Positions 20,219 through 30,416 of a stretch of DNA of 64,000 bases are shown piece by piece. The notes beneath the pieces are model-generated. The model worked only from the letters and a program-made list of their open reading frames with translations, was not told the origin of the DNA and searched no databases. The first letter of the stretch is position 1. Each line of letters opens with the position of its first letter. The position numbers and the translations under genes are program-made. Where the stretch lies: contig CBDANC010000014.1 in the NCBI GenBank assembly GCA_965197425.1, positions 1 to 64,000 on the forward strand. Reading direction: 5' to 3'. The DNA is from Bdellovibrionales bacterium. Its GTDB lineage: Bacteria; Bdellovibrionota; Bdellovibrionia; Bdellovibrionales; JAUICD01.

Positions 20219-20563
20219 TTAACTATTAATATGTTGTACAAGTTGAGAGAATCCTTCTGGATCCTTAATAGCCATGTCACTCAACATTTTTCTATTTAAT
20301 TCAATATTTTTCTTTTTAAGAGATGACATGAACTTGGAGTAACTAATACCATTTGCTCTAGTAGCAGCACCTATCCTAACAATCCATAGCGAACGAAACA
20401 CTCTTTTTTTGTTTTTCCTATCTCTGTAGGCATATGCCATTGCTCTGTCATTTGTTTCGACCGCTATTTTGTACGACCTACTAGCTTGGCTATAATAACC
20501 ACTTGCTCTCTTTAATACCTTGTTGTGCCGTCTTCTTCTTGTTGTTCCCGTTTTTATTCTCAT
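20219..20563 (-). CDS. rplT: 50S ribosomal protein L20
   Basis: AYRDRK.KKR.FRSLWI.RI, LNRKMLSDMA. Confidence 0.98.
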   Translation of the reverse strand: MRIKTGTTRRRRHNKVLKRASGYYSQASRSYKIAVETNDRAMAYAYRDRKNKKRVFRSLWIVRIGAATRANGISYSKFMSSLKKKNIELNRKMLSDMAIKDPEGFSQLVQHINS

Positions 20564-20566
20564 CTT

Positions 20567-20767
20567 TTAAGCTCCCTTCAACATTCGACCCACTCTCTTA
20601 AGATCGGATCCATGAACATACTCTGTTCTGGTTAATTGACGCTTTCTCTTGGAAGGTTTGTTGGATAATAAATGACGCTTCCCCTTCTGTTTTCTCTTAA
20701 TTTTACCCGATCCAAGTGTCTTAAATCTCTTAGAAGAACCTGAATGGGATTTCATCTTGCCAGACAT
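20567..20767 (-). CDS. rpmI: 50S ribosomal protein L35
   Basis: KMKSHSGSSKRFK, KRHLL. Confidence 0.97.
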   Translation of the reverse strand: MSGKMKSHSGSSKRFKTLGSGKIKRKQKGKRHLLSNKPSKRKRQLTRTEYVHGSDLKRVGRMLKGA

Positions 20768-20953
20768 AATATATTTTCTCCAACTTTTCCCTTAAGGCGA
20801 GCCGTATATTTCTACTAAGCTACTTTTGTTATAATGAAAATCCCAAAAAACCCAACATGTTTGCTAAAGGTATTTTTAGGTCTTTTTGCCCTATAGAGTT
20901 TCCAGAGGACATGCTTACATCATTTGAAAGTTAATTGTCAAGAACGCCTATCC

Positions 20954-21202
20954 AGGTGAGGCTAATGAGGCAAAAACAAGGAGGCTTCGCCTACTTTTTT
21001 TTGCCGAGTGCCTGACCAGCTCTGGACACGATGCTGATCCAGTAACTAAAGGTGAGGCTAATGAGGCCAAAACAAGGAGGCTTCGCCTACTTTGGTTCAA
21101 TTGGCTCACGGGATAAATCTTTATACTTTCCAATTGAAATAACCTCCCTGCGGTCGGTTTTTAGCCGAATGCCTGACCAGCTCTGGACCTCACAACTGAT
21201 CC
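20954..21202 (+). repeat. Mosaic dispersed repeat, copy 5 (two tandem units)
   Basis: AGGTGAGGCTAATGAGGC..AGGAGGCTTCGCCTACTT twice, TTCAATTGG hairpin, CCAGCTCTGGAC..GATCC twice. Confidence 0.9.
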
Positions 21203-21351
21203 TATTCAAAATATCCTAGCACTCAAACTGGTTTTAGGTCCGTATTGGCGTATTATTTAGAGTCTTTATAGATACTTTTCAATAGTCTTAGTCTTGAAAT
21301 TTGACATGAAATCTACTAGAAATATAGGGTAATTTTTAAAAGGGAAGTTTT

Positions 21352-22230
21352 GTGGAAGTAATATCTGTAAGTAATTTATGTAAGTCATTTGATGGCTATC
21401 GCAACAAAACACTTGTGCTTAACAATGTAAGTTTTTCGGTAAAAGAAGGTAGCATAACTGGCTTCTTGGGTGCTAATGGTGCCGGTAAAACCACAACTTT
21501 CAAATGTATACTTGAATTTATAAAAACTACCTCCGGAAATTTTTCTTTCTTTGAACAAGGTCCTCTAACTAAAAAAACACGTCAGGATATTGGGTTTTTA
21601 CCAGAAAGACCATACTTCTACGATTACCTGACAGGAGAAGAGTTTTTAACCTTCTATGCTAAGCTAGGATGGAAAGAGGATGTTGGTAGTATAGGCTCCA
21701 AGGTATCTGAGAGTCTTAAAACCGTAAAACTCACTCACGCTAGAAAAAAACCTCTCAGATCTTATTCCAAAGGTATGCTTCAAAGAATAGGCTTTGCCCA
21801 AGCTATTATCCACAAACCAAAACTTATTATTTTAGACGAGCCTATGGCAGGCCTAGATCCAGACGGAAGATCGATGATTAAAGACTTAATTAAACAGGTA
21901 TCTCGCAAGGGGTGTACTATATTTTTTAGCAGTCATCTGCTCCATGATGTAGAAGATTTGTGTGATAATTTAGTAATTCTAAAAAATGGCCAAACAGCAT
22001 TTCAAGGCACTGTTTCTGATTTTACCAAAGATATAAAAGTGGAATACGAGATTAAAACAGAAGCAAAAAATGGAGTAGAGACAATAACCACGAACAATAT
22101 AACAGAAGCCAACAAAAAAATATCAGAACTAGTTTCTAAAAAAATAAGCATTCATTCCGTTCATCCAAAGAAGAAAACTTTAGAAGAAGCATTTGTTACG
22201 CTGTCATTTGATGGAGACGAAAGAAGTTGA
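21352..22230 (+). CDS. ABC transporter ATP-binding protein (PilH-like)
   Basis: GANGAGKT, YSKGMLQR, LDEP, SSH; precedes a permease and pilD. Confidence 0.9.
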   Translation: MEVISVSNLCKSFDGYRNKTLVLNNVSFSVKEGSITGFLGANGAGKTTTFKCILEFIKTTSGNFSFFEQGPLTKKTRQDIGFLPERPYFYDYLTGEEFLTFYAKLGWKEDVGSIGSKVSESLKTVKLTHARKKPLRSYSKGMLQRIGFAQAIIHKPKLIILDEPMAGLDPDGRSMIKDLIKQVSRKGCTIFFSSHLLHDVEDLCDNLVILKNGQTAFQGTVSDFTKDIKVEYEIKTEAKNGVETITTNNITEANKKISELVSKKISIHSVHPKKKTLEEAFVTLSFDGDERS

Positions 22231-22994
22231 ACAAAATTTATATAATAGCATCTAATACAGTACGAGAGCTTATCAGAGATAGAATTATGTATGGCATTTT
22301 GGTATTTGCCATACTTCTAATATTTTTAAGCCTGATATCAGCCCAATTAAGCTATATTGAACGGACCAGAATAACAATGGATCTAGGCTTAGCAGGTTTG
22401 GAACTTAGTGTTGTGATATTGAGCATATTTTTAGGCGCAACTGTTGTCTTCAGAGAGATAGAGAAACGCACAGTGTTTACCTTGTTTACGAAGCCAATTG
22501 ACAGGTGGCAGTTTCTATTGGGTAAGTTCATTGGACTTGTATCGCTCGTATTGCTACTTTTATTTTTATTGTCGTTATTATTTCTCGCCTTGCTTTTGTT
22601 AATAGAATGGGATCCTAGTTTTCAATATTTATATGTTATAATTGGATTTGGACTAGAAGCTACTGTGCTGATAGCAATAACCATAGTGTTAGGTGTTATG
22701 GTTAGACCAACTCTGACAGTTCCAATAACAATAGGGATGTTCTTAATCGGTAAATCAATGTCTAGCCTTGTGTTTTTTACGAACAGGTCAGAGGCTGTAT
22801 TCTATAAGTATTTTGCAAATACACTTAGATTTGTATTTCCTGACTTTAGCAGATTTGATTGGAAGAATATATTATTTCAAGATCATACCCTAAGCTTTTC
22901 AGAATTTGGGTTGTCTGTCCTTTACTGTATTGCGTGGATATTAGTGTTCAACAGCATAGCTGTTATTGTTTTTAAGGGCAAAGATATTGGTTAG
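22227..22994 (+). CDS. ABC-2 type permease (PilI-like)
   Basis: Multiple TM helices; REIEKRTVFTLFTKPIDR..FLLGKF. Confidence 0.85.
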   Translation: MNKIYIIASNTVRELIRDRIMYGILVFAILLIFLSLISAQLSYIERTRITMDLGLAGLELSVVILSIFLGATVVFREIEKRTVFTLFTKPIDRWQFLLGKFIGLVSLVLLLLFLLSLLFLALLLLIEWDPSFQYLYVIIGFGLEATVLIAITIVLGVMVRPTLTVPITIGMFLIGKSMSSLVFFTNRSEAVFYKYFANTLRFVFPDFSRFDWKNILFQDHTLSFSEFGLSVLYCIAWILVFNSIAVIVFKGKDIG

Positions 22995-23769
22995 TTTTGA
23001 CTATGCACTAGTTGTTGTCACACTATTTGGAGCACTATTAGGTAGTTTTGCCAATGTAATCATTGTAAGATGGCCACTTGAAGAAAGCATAGCTGTTCCT
23101 CGCAGTAAATGTAGGTCATGTAATAAACAAATTTTAAACGTAGACAACATTCCCATTTTATCTTGGATTTTGTTGAGAGGAAAATGTAGATTTTGTAAAA
23201 GCAAAATATCTATCCAATACCCCATTGTTGAACTCTTAATGGCTTTGTTGTTTTTGATTGTGTATTTAAAAACTGGTCTTTCAATTACTCTTATTGAATA
23301 TCTTATATTTGTGTTTGGTCTTTTAACTATTTCAGTTATAGATCTTAAGCACCTACTGATACCAGATATCTTTAGTATACCTGGAATTGTAATTGGTGTT
23401 CTGGGAGCATTGATCAATCCGGAACGAGAGTTTGTATACAGTTTAATTGGCGTGGTTTTAGGAGGAGGCATTTTTTGGGTCGCTGGATCAGCATATTATC
23501 TTGTTAGAAAAGAGCATGGTATAGGTGGAGGAGATATAAAGCTATTGGCTTGGATAGGTGCCGTACTTGGGTGGGTAAGTGTGCCATTTGTGATTTTATT
23601 TTCAAGTATCATTGGGACAATTGTGGGGTTAGGAGTAATATTCAAGACTAAAGGCGGTATGAAATCGATGTTACCATTTGGACCTTTCTTAGCGTTAGCC
23701 GCGATTGTCTACATACTTGTGGGTGAACAACTTACTGCATGGTACACCAAGCTGTTTTTTCCTTTTTAG
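22966..23769 (+). CDS. pilD: Prepilin peptidase
   Basis: GSFANV, CxxC pairs, NIPILSW, IDLKH, GGGDIKL, PFGPFL. Confidence 0.95.
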   Translation: MFLRAKILVSFDYALVVVTLFGALLGSFANVIIVRWPLEESIAVPRSKCRSCNKQILNVDNIPILSWILLRGKCRFCKSKISIQYPIVELLMALLFLIVYLKTGLSITLIEYLIFVFGLLTISVIDLKHLLIPDIFSIPGIVIGVLGALINPEREFVYSLIGVVLGGGIFWVAGSAYYLVRKEHGIGGGDIKLLAWIGAVLGWVSVPFVILFSSIIGTIVGLGVIFKTKGGMKSMLPFGPFLALAAIVYILVGEQLTAWYTKLFFPF

Positions 23770-23952
23770 TAGTGTCATAGATTTGACATGTGTTTTGCTT
23801 TTATTATCTAATATTGGCTGTAGTTTTAGTGATATTTGCTCTTTGCTGTACACTGCGGTCCATTCATGTTGAAACTGTAGTTCTCGCAGCTGACGCAATG
23901 TTGTTTTGATCTGCACTACGGCAGTGATAGCTTAAAGGAGCTTGTAGCAATA

Positions 23953-24984
23953 ATGAAACTGTTTAATAAGGCTAAGATTCTGGGAATAGACATAGGAACT
24001 AATACTGTAAAATTATGTGAGCTAGATGAACATAAAAAAAACTCTGTAAAACTTGTATCATTTGGTATGTTGAAGACCCCTACAGGTCAGATCAATAACG
24101 GAAGGATAGAAAACGCTGATGAAATGGGAGAGATAGTAAAGCAGTTGACTAAGAATGCTAAATCCAAGCGTAAACATGCATCTACCGGTGTTTGGGGATC
24201 GGATACAGTTATAAGAAAAATCGTAAGTCACGGAGTTGAGGATGTTGATATAATCAGGGATGAGGCAAACCTAAATATACCTTTTGGTTTAGAAGAAGTA
24301 AACTTACAGTACCAGAAGGTTACAACAGAAGGTGAGGAATATTTAATACTTTTTGCCGTAAACAAAAATGTTGTCATGAGCTATGTTGAAACCATTAACA
24401 ATGCTGGGTTGAAGTGTGCAACGCTGGATACTGTAGCAAGTGCTCTTGCGAATTGTTATTCATACAACTATGATGTGGGTCAAGGTGAAGTTGTTGCCAT
24501 TGCGGATATTGGGGAACAGTTCACTGCTTTAGCCATTTTAAAAAGTGGAGAGTTGTCATTTTACAGAGATATTGATTTTGGTGGGTACAATTATACACTT
24601 TCAATTTATAACCACCTTTCTGCTTCTGGTAACTCCATAAGTGAAGTTGAGGTTTTGAAAAAATCACATACCCCTGCTGATGAAGTTCTTCCAATAATTA
24701 ATGACGCTCACTCTGTACTTATTCAAAAATTAGGAGCATATTTGGATCAATACTGTTCAACTGAAGAAGTTGATGCTATCAATAAGCTGTATATTACAGG
24801 TGGTAGCTCACTGGTTCACGGATTGCGAGACACACTGTCTAAAACTTTAACTGGGGTAGTTGTGGATTACTTTGACCCTTTTCAGCGTGTTGATTATGAT
24901 GGTAAGGTGTTTAATGAAGACCGTATAAGTGAGTTAAGGCCGTATGCAAGCGTAGCATTAGGTTTATCGCTCAGGGGGAGATAG
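23953..24984 (+). CDS. pilM: Type IV pilus assembly protein PilM
   Basis: GIDIG, IPF, DIG, GG, LYITGG, VALGLSLR actin-like fold motifs. Confidence 0.9.
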   Translation: MKLFNKAKILGIDIGTNTVKLCELDEHKKNSVKLVSFGMLKTPTGQINNGRIENADEMGEIVKQLTKNAKSKRKHASTGVWGSDTVIRKIVSHGVEDVDIIRDEANLNIPFGLEEVNLQYQKVTTEGEEYLILFAVNKNVVMSYVETINNAGLKCATLDTVASALANCYSYNYDVGQGEVVAIADIGEQFTALAILKSGELSFYRDIDFGGYNYTLSIYNHLSASGNSISEVEVLKKSHTPADEVLPIINDAHSVLIQKLGAYLDQYCSTEEVDAINKLYITGGSSLVHGLRDTLSKTLTGVVVDYFDPFQRVDYDGKVFNEDRISELRPYASVALGLSLRGR

Positions 24985-24993
24985 TAAGTAGCT

Positions 24994-25590
24994 ATGATTG
25001 AAATCAACTTACTTAAAGATTTAGGAGATGCCTCATCAGGCATGAAGTCGCAGGCTAGTGCTCCTGTTGATGTAGCTGATGCTGTAAAGAAAGTTTTTGT
25101 TATAGCTATTCCTATAGTTATGTCTATAGGAGCTGGTGTAGTATTTAATACTATGGAAACAGTTAAAAAGAACGAATTGCAAGCTGTCTTAGATGGCCAT
25201 AAGGCCGAGATAATAGAGTTAGATAAAACCATTCAGTCTATTAATAGTGTCAATGCTGAAACTCAACAAGTAGATGACAAACTCTATAAGATGAAAGAGA
25301 TTTTTGATCTTAGAATAATGAACATAAAAGCTCTTGATTCTATTAGAGCGAATATACCAAATCAAATTTTTTTAAAAAAGCTAAGTATAAACACAAACAA
25401 CGACACATTAAAGATGACTGGTATGGCAGAATCTAGTGAAGTTATAAAACAATTCTTAGGCAAACTTAGTGTTGATCCTGCTTTTGAAGAGGGTAAAGTT
25501 TTATTAGATCTTGAACGTAAAGTGGTTGATGCAATAGAGTTCGAGGTCTCTGCTAAAGTATTTAGGAAGAAATATGCAAAAAATCAATGA
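24994..25590 (+). CDS. pilN: PilN
   Basis: N-terminal IEINLL motif, TM helix, coiled coil; operon position. Confidence 0.85.
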   Translation: MIEINLLKDLGDASSGMKSQASAPVDVADAVKKVFVIAIPIVMSIGAGVVFNTMETVKKNELQAVLDGHKAEIIELDKTIQSINSVNAETQQVDDKLYKMKEIFDLRIMNIKALDSIRANIPNQIFLKKLSINTNNDTLKMTGMAESSEVIKQFLGKLSVDPAFEEGKVLLDLERKVVDAIEFEVSAKVFRKKYAKNQ

Positions 25591-26161
25591 ACTCTCATAT
25601 GGGGGAGCATTTATTATTGGATTAGCCATTGGAGGGGCATATTTTTATTTTGGTGTATACTCTGACACTACCCTTCAAGATCAGCTAACGGCCATTGACA
25701 ATCAGATAAAACAATCTGTCAGCCAAATAGCCTCAAAGAAGGAAGAGGCTAGCAAGCAAAAAGAGGCAGAAAATAAATTAGAAGATAAAAAAATAACCTT
25801 TAGTGAATTGGAGTCTTATTACCCTAGAACCCAAACCTTTGGTTCTATGAGTAGTGTTATAAGCGATCATTTAAATAGATTTTCTTTAAGAGAACTTGTT
25901 AAGGTGCCGGTTCGTGATGGATTGGAAAAACATGAATTTTATGAAACTTTACCTATACAACTCACAATAGAGGGGCAATACATGAACTTGATAGGATTTC
26001 TCAGCCTTGTTGCCAATTACTCCAATATAATGATTGCTGAAAACCTCTCTTTAATAAAATTGCCAGAATCAAATGAGCTCAGAATTGAACTTGTAGTAAA
26101 AGGCTATAGATTTTTGGCTGAAGAATCGACATCAGGACCTCAGGAAGGAACAACAACATGA
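25574..26161 (+). CDS. pilO: PilO
   Basis: TM plus coiled coil; FYETLPIQLTIEGQY..L..FL. Confidence 0.8.
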   Translation: MQKINELSYGGAFIIGLAIGGAYFYFGVYSDTTLQDQLTAIDNQIKQSVSQIASKKEEASKQKEAENKLEDKKITFSELESYYPRTQTFGSMSSVISDHLNRFSLRELVKVPVRDGLEKHEFYETLPIQLTIEGQYMNLIGFLSLVANYSNIMIAENLSLIKLPESNELRIELVVKGYRFLAEESTSGPQEGTTT

Positions 26162-26877
26162 TTAGGTTCTTGTTTTTATTTGTTATATCTTTGATGACCT
26201 TGCATGGCTTACAGGTTATTGCCCAGGCTCCTCCTCCTCCCACTAGCAACCCTGAAGTTTTGAACACACCACCACCTCCTCCTGGCAATCCCGAAGTTTT
26301 AGCCACACCGCCACCTCCTCCTAGTAGCCCCGAAAGAGCTAACACAAATGGATCTTCTGTGACAGTACCGGGCGTAGAAGTACCTGCTATTAGCACTGAT
26401 GAGCCAAAGACTCCAGAGGAGTTTTTATTAGAGCAGGGTGATTTTGCAAAGGCACTTGAAACAGGGAAAGATGTATTTGTAACTGAGTATAAACTTAGAT
26501 CAGAAAACCAAAATAGAGATCCATTTAACTCTGTTAATGCACAAAGGAAAGTTGCTTCTGAGGTTACTACTAATATTTTAGAGTTCCTAGAACCAAAAAT
26601 GCCTTTAGAAAATTTCCCTATTAATCAATTAAAATTAACAGGTGTTTTGTGGCGTACAGCATCTCCAAAGGCATCGTTTTTAGATCCAAATGGATCAGCT
26701 CATATAGCTAGAAAAAATGAAAGAATAGGAGTTAATAAAGGTTATATTGCCGCTATAAGAGAAGGAGAGGTGATCGTTATTGAACCCTCAATAGGTGGGG
26801 AAACTTCATACCAAACAAGGGTTATAAGAATTTCGGGTGATGATGACCAAGGAAGCAATCAAGGGGGCAATCAATGA
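26158..26877 (+). CDS. pilP: PilP with Pro-rich N-terminal repeats
   Basis: RDPF, PLENFPINQLKLTGVLW, IG.NKG.I. Confidence 0.85.
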   Translation: MIRFLFLFVISLMTLHGLQVIAQAPPPPTSNPEVLNTPPPPPGNPEVLATPPPPPSSPERANTNGSSVTVPGVEVPAISTDEPKTPEEFLLEQGDFAKALETGKDVFVTEYKLRSENQNRDPFNSVNAQRKVASEVTTNILEFLEPKMPLENFPINQLKLTGVLWRTASPKASFLDPNGSAHIARKNERIGVNKGYIAAIREGEVIVIEPSIGGETSYQTRVIRISGDDDQGSNQGGNQ

Positions 26878-29117
26878 GGACACTGTTAATTATACTATCC
26901 ATATTTTTTATCTTTGCTTCTAATAAAATTGTTCTAGCTCAAGAGGTTGAGCTAGAACAAGATGAATTTTTAGAAGAGGAGTTTGAAGATGATGCCGCAC
27001 TAGATGAGGGTGAAGTAGATGCAGGTGAAAGTAGCGCTGACTTGAACAATTTAGATGATCTAGAAGAGGTTGAGGATGCTCTGGATCAGGTTGGCACGGA
27101 CGCACCGGAGCCTGAAGAAATTGAAGCAGAATTTGAAGAGGCTTCGGCAGTAGATGAAGGTGATTTTGATGAACCAGCTCCAGTAGACTTAGAAGATGAA
27201 GCCATAGATGACTTGGACCAGGAATTTGAAGAAGCTTCAGTGATAGATGAAGGTGATTTTGATAGCCAAGATGATTTTAACGAAGAAAATGATTTTAGTG
27301 AAGATGAGTCTGATGTTGGTGGTATGGTTGACATAACTGATGTTCAGTTTGATGGAAATGAAAATGGTGGAACGATAATAATTACAACAACTGATGAGGC
27401 AAGCTATAGCACTAGAAGAACAAACAGTGGAAAACAAATTGTGGTTGAAATTGAAAACGCAACACTGCCTGACAGGTTTAAGAGGCCTTATGATACTAAA
27501 GAATTTACAAGTAACATTGGTTTTTTCCAAGGGTATCAAACTTCCGGATCTAATGTTGCGAGGTTTGTAATTCAACTAAGAGAAGACATTGCCCCTGGTG
27601 TAACCCAATCTGGGAACAGAATACTTATAGCTGCACAGGGTGGAAATACCATAGATGAAACAGAATCTTACGATGATGAAATTATGGAGGAAGGTGAATT
27701 ACCGGGTGAAGCAACAGAATTTGATGATGCCGCACTAGAAGCGGATCCTAGAGAAGGGCGTATTGAGAAATTTTATGGTCATCTTATTTCTATAGAACTG
27801 AGAGATTCTCCTTTGATAGATGCTATTAGACTTATTATAGAAGAAAGTGGTTCTAATATACTTATGTCTAATATACCTGATCAAAGTATCACATTAAAAC
27901 TAAGGAATGTTCCCTGGGATCAAACTCTTAGTATATTGATGGAATCAAATGGTTTAGGTTACACCAGACAAGGTGAAGTGATGATTATCAAACCACTGGC
28001 TGATATGCAAAAGGATATACAAGATCAAGCCAACTTTAAAAAGCAACAAGTAGAGGCTAAAAAACAAAAGACATTGGCAGAACAACAACTTCAAGATCTG
28101 GGTCCTTTGGAAGAAGATGTCATCCCAATATTCAACTCCGAAGCTCAAAAAGTCATGGCAGTAGTAAATGGGTTAAAAGTTTTAACGGATCAAGGTTCCA
28201 TACAAGTATTGGAAGATAACAATTCTTTGCTGATTAAAGATTCAATTAAAAAAATATCTGAGGTTAGAGCACTTATAAAAGAAAAAATAGATAAGCCTGC
28301 TTTGCAGGTGTTAATCGAAGGTAAGATAATTGAAGCCGCTGAAAATTTCAGTCAAGATTTTGGTTTGAACATGACAACACCAGAGGCTGTGCCGGTTACT
28401 CCTCCTGATGGTGGCGGACCTCTTTCAGCAAGTGTTTCTGGTATTACCTCTCCTTTTAGTGGACCTGTTGGTGCGGGTATAACTTTGAGAGTATCTAATA
28501 TACCAGCCATAGCGTTAGGAGATCTTACAGCTAGACTTCAATTACTTGAACTAAAAAGTGTTGCTAAAGTTTTAGCTTCTCCTAGAGTTGTAACTTTAAA
28601 CAACAAGGCAGCAACAATAAGTCAGACCACCACAGTTAGAACCTCAAAAACCACTACTGATGCTCAATCCGGTATTGCACAACTAGACTATGACTATAGA
28701 GACCTACCTCTAAGTTTGGATGTAACTCCAATCATTTCTGCAGATGGAGTTACCATGAAAGTTTCTATGCAAAGAAAATTTTCAACCACAGATGGCAATG
28801 AATATTCCAGAGATATAAATACAGAGGTATTCGTAAAGCATGGAGATACAACAGTAATAGGTGGTGTTTATACAAGCGATGAAGGCAAATCAGAATCAGG
28901 AGTACCTTTTCTGAGAAGAATTCCCATTTTAGGTAATTTGTTTAAAACTAAATCCTCCTCTACAGAGAAAAATGAGCTTATGATATTTTTAACTCCTACC
29001 ATTATCAATAGAGATGTTTCTGTTGGTCTAACTATGAACAGTGATGGTGAGGAAGCATTAGAAAATAGTGAAGAATTTGATGAAGAATTTTCCGATGAGT
29101 TTTCTGATGAGTTTTAG
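26874..29117 (+). CDS. pilQ: Type IV pilus secretin PilQ with long acidic N-terminus
   Basis: AMIN-like domain, LRNVPWDQ, QVLIEGKIIEA, GVPFLRRIPILG.LFK, ELMIFLTP. Confidence 0.92.
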   Translation: MRTLLIILSIFFIFASNKIVLAQEVELEQDEFLEEEFEDDAALDEGEVDAGESSADLNNLDDLEEVEDALDQVGTDAPEPEEIEAEFEEASAVDEGDFDEPAPVDLEDEAIDDLDQEFEEASVIDEGDFDSQDDFNEENDFSEDESDVGGMVDITDVQFDGNENGGTIIITTTDEASYSTRRTNSGKQIVVEIENATLPDRFKRPYDTKEFTSNIGFFQGYQTSGSNVARFVIQLREDIAPGVTQSGNRILIAAQGGNTIDETESYDDEIMEEGELPGEATEFDDAALEADPREGRIEKFYGHLISIELRDSPLIDAIRLIIEESGSNILMSNIPDQSITLKLRNVPWDQTLSILMESNGLGYTRQGEVMIIKPLADMQKDIQDQANFKKQQVEAKKQKTLAEQQLQDLGPLEEDVIPIFNSEAQKVMAVVNGLKVLTDQGSIQVLEDNNSLLIKDSIKKISEVRALIKEKIDKPALQVLIEGKIIEAAENFSQDFGLNMTTPEAVPVTPPDGGGPLSASVSGITSPFSGPVGAGITLRVSNIPAIALGDLTARLQLLELKSVAKVLASPRVVTLNNKAATISQTTTVRTSKTTTDAQSGIAQLDYDYRDLPLSLDVTPIISADGVTMKVSMQRKFSTTDGNEYSRDINTEVFVKHGDTTVIGGVYTSDEGKSESGVPFLRRIPILGNLFKTKSSSTEKNELMIFLTPTIINRDVSVGLTMNSDGEEALENSEEFDEEFSDEFSDEF

Positions 29118-29611
29118 GCAGAAGCTTTTGTGTATGCCAAACCATGAGGCCAACATTTTTCTGGCTTTAGATCAAATCCCACGGCTTCACCACCTTGGAT
29201 TATAGAGTCGAATATCTTTTTTAGTGTTATCACCTCACTCCTAGACACTGCCTCTGACACTGCACTTTCTAGTGCTTCAAATACGTTATATAAGTCTTGA
29301 GTGGTTACCACTCCTGGCAACATGCTAGGATCTAATCCTACCATTGGGTATGGTTTAAAACCTATTAGTACATCTGTTAATAGAATTTTATGGCCATTTA
29401 CAAAGTCAATTTGCATAAAAGGTTTGCCATTAGAGTCGTCTCTGTGCAGCAAATCATTTATATTATCTTTGGATATAACAATAGACTTGCCGTCAACACC
29501 TTGAGTAATTTCTAAATGCCCCTCATTTGAAATATCCGCTTTTAGCCTGGTAGCAAACTTGTTAACAAAATCTACTATTACTTTAATATTATCTTTACTA
29601 TTTATATCCAA
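29114..29611 (-). CDS. Hypothetical protein
   Basis: 165-aa ORF with protein-like composition; no recognised motif. Confidence 0.65.
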   Translation of the reverse strand: MDINSKDNIKVIVDFVNKFATRLKADISNEGHLEITQGVDGKSIVISKDNINDLLHRDDSNGKPFMQIDFVNGHKILLTDVLIGFKPYPMVGLDPSMLPGVVTTQDLYNVFEALESAVSEAVSRSEVITLKKIFDSIIQGGEAVGFDLKPEKCWPHGLAYTKASA

Positions 29612-29785
29612 AATACCTACTTTTTGTTCCTAATGATAAATAAAGATCGACATAGATAATGCATAACTTAAAACATTAATTCCTAGTTTTTTAAAATGTT
29701 TGACGCTGAATAATTTTGGCTAAAAACTGTACACTTTTTGTATAAAGTGTACTAAAGTAATACTCTCGAGGATGAGTTTGATGAC

Positions 29786-30083
29786 ATGTGTAGAGCTGGG
29801 CAACCACTCGGCAAAAAGGAAAGCAAAGCTTCCCTTATTTGCCTCGTTAGGAAGACCTTTAGCAACGGGATCAGCTGTGAGGTCCAGAGCTGGACAACCG
29901 CCAAGGCAAAAAACCGACCGCAGGGAGGTTATTTCAATTGGAAAACATAAAGGTTTATCCAGTGAGCCAATTGAATCAAGCCTCATTGTTTTTAAAGTTA
30001 CTGTGTCAAAACGTAATTCACCTGGCAAAAGTCAGCGAAGCCAACTTGTTGCCAGGTTCAATCAATGCTGAGGAAGACCTTTA
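29786..30083 (-). repeat. Mosaic dispersed repeat, copy 6 (long unit plus short unit)
   Basis: Reverse complement starts TAAAGGTCTTCC; 29978-30083 matches 30533-30638 with one mismatch. Confidence 0.92.
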
Positions 30084-30093
30084 GGAGGGATAA

Positions 30094-30405
30094 ATGTTAG
30101 TAAGACGGTGGCGGGCTCAGATGATGCCTACCCCTGATCAGATAAAACTTATTTTCCTGCAGGAAGATTTGAGACCTAAGTTGGAAGTGTATGATTCTGG
30201 TGTGGAAATTTTAGAGCATCGACATCCATTTGACGAAATACGCATGGTCGCAAGTGGTGAGTTGTTTATCAATGTATCAGGCAATCAATTGTTATTACGC
30301 CCTGGTGATCGAATTGAGATACCATCTAATACTAGACATTCTACCGTAAACAAAAAAGATTCTAAATGTGTTTGTGTAGTAGCAAATCAAGTATTTAGAT
30401 CATAA
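30094..30405 (+). CDS. Cupin domain protein
   Basis: HRHPFDE..V.SGEL, LRPGD.I.IPSNTRH. Confidence 0.85.
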   Translation: MLVRRWRAQMMPTPDQIKLIFLQEDLRPKLEVYDSGVEILEHRHPFDEIRMVASGELFINVSGNQLLLRPGDRIEIPSNTRHSTVNKKDSKCVCVVANQVFRS

Positions 30406-30416
30406 CACTCACTTCA

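Noticed and set aside
20954..21202. CRISPR array or integron attC interpretation of the tandem repeat units
   Set aside because: No regular repeat-spacer period, no unique spacers, no cas or intI gene, and no consistent RYYYAAC/GTTRRRY ends.
21203..29785. Possible inversion of the pil block between oppositely oriented repeat copies 5 and 6
   Set aside because: A spot check suggested T-richer third codon positions than in rpoN, but the samples were tiny and inconsistent; needs a computed skew profile and synteny.
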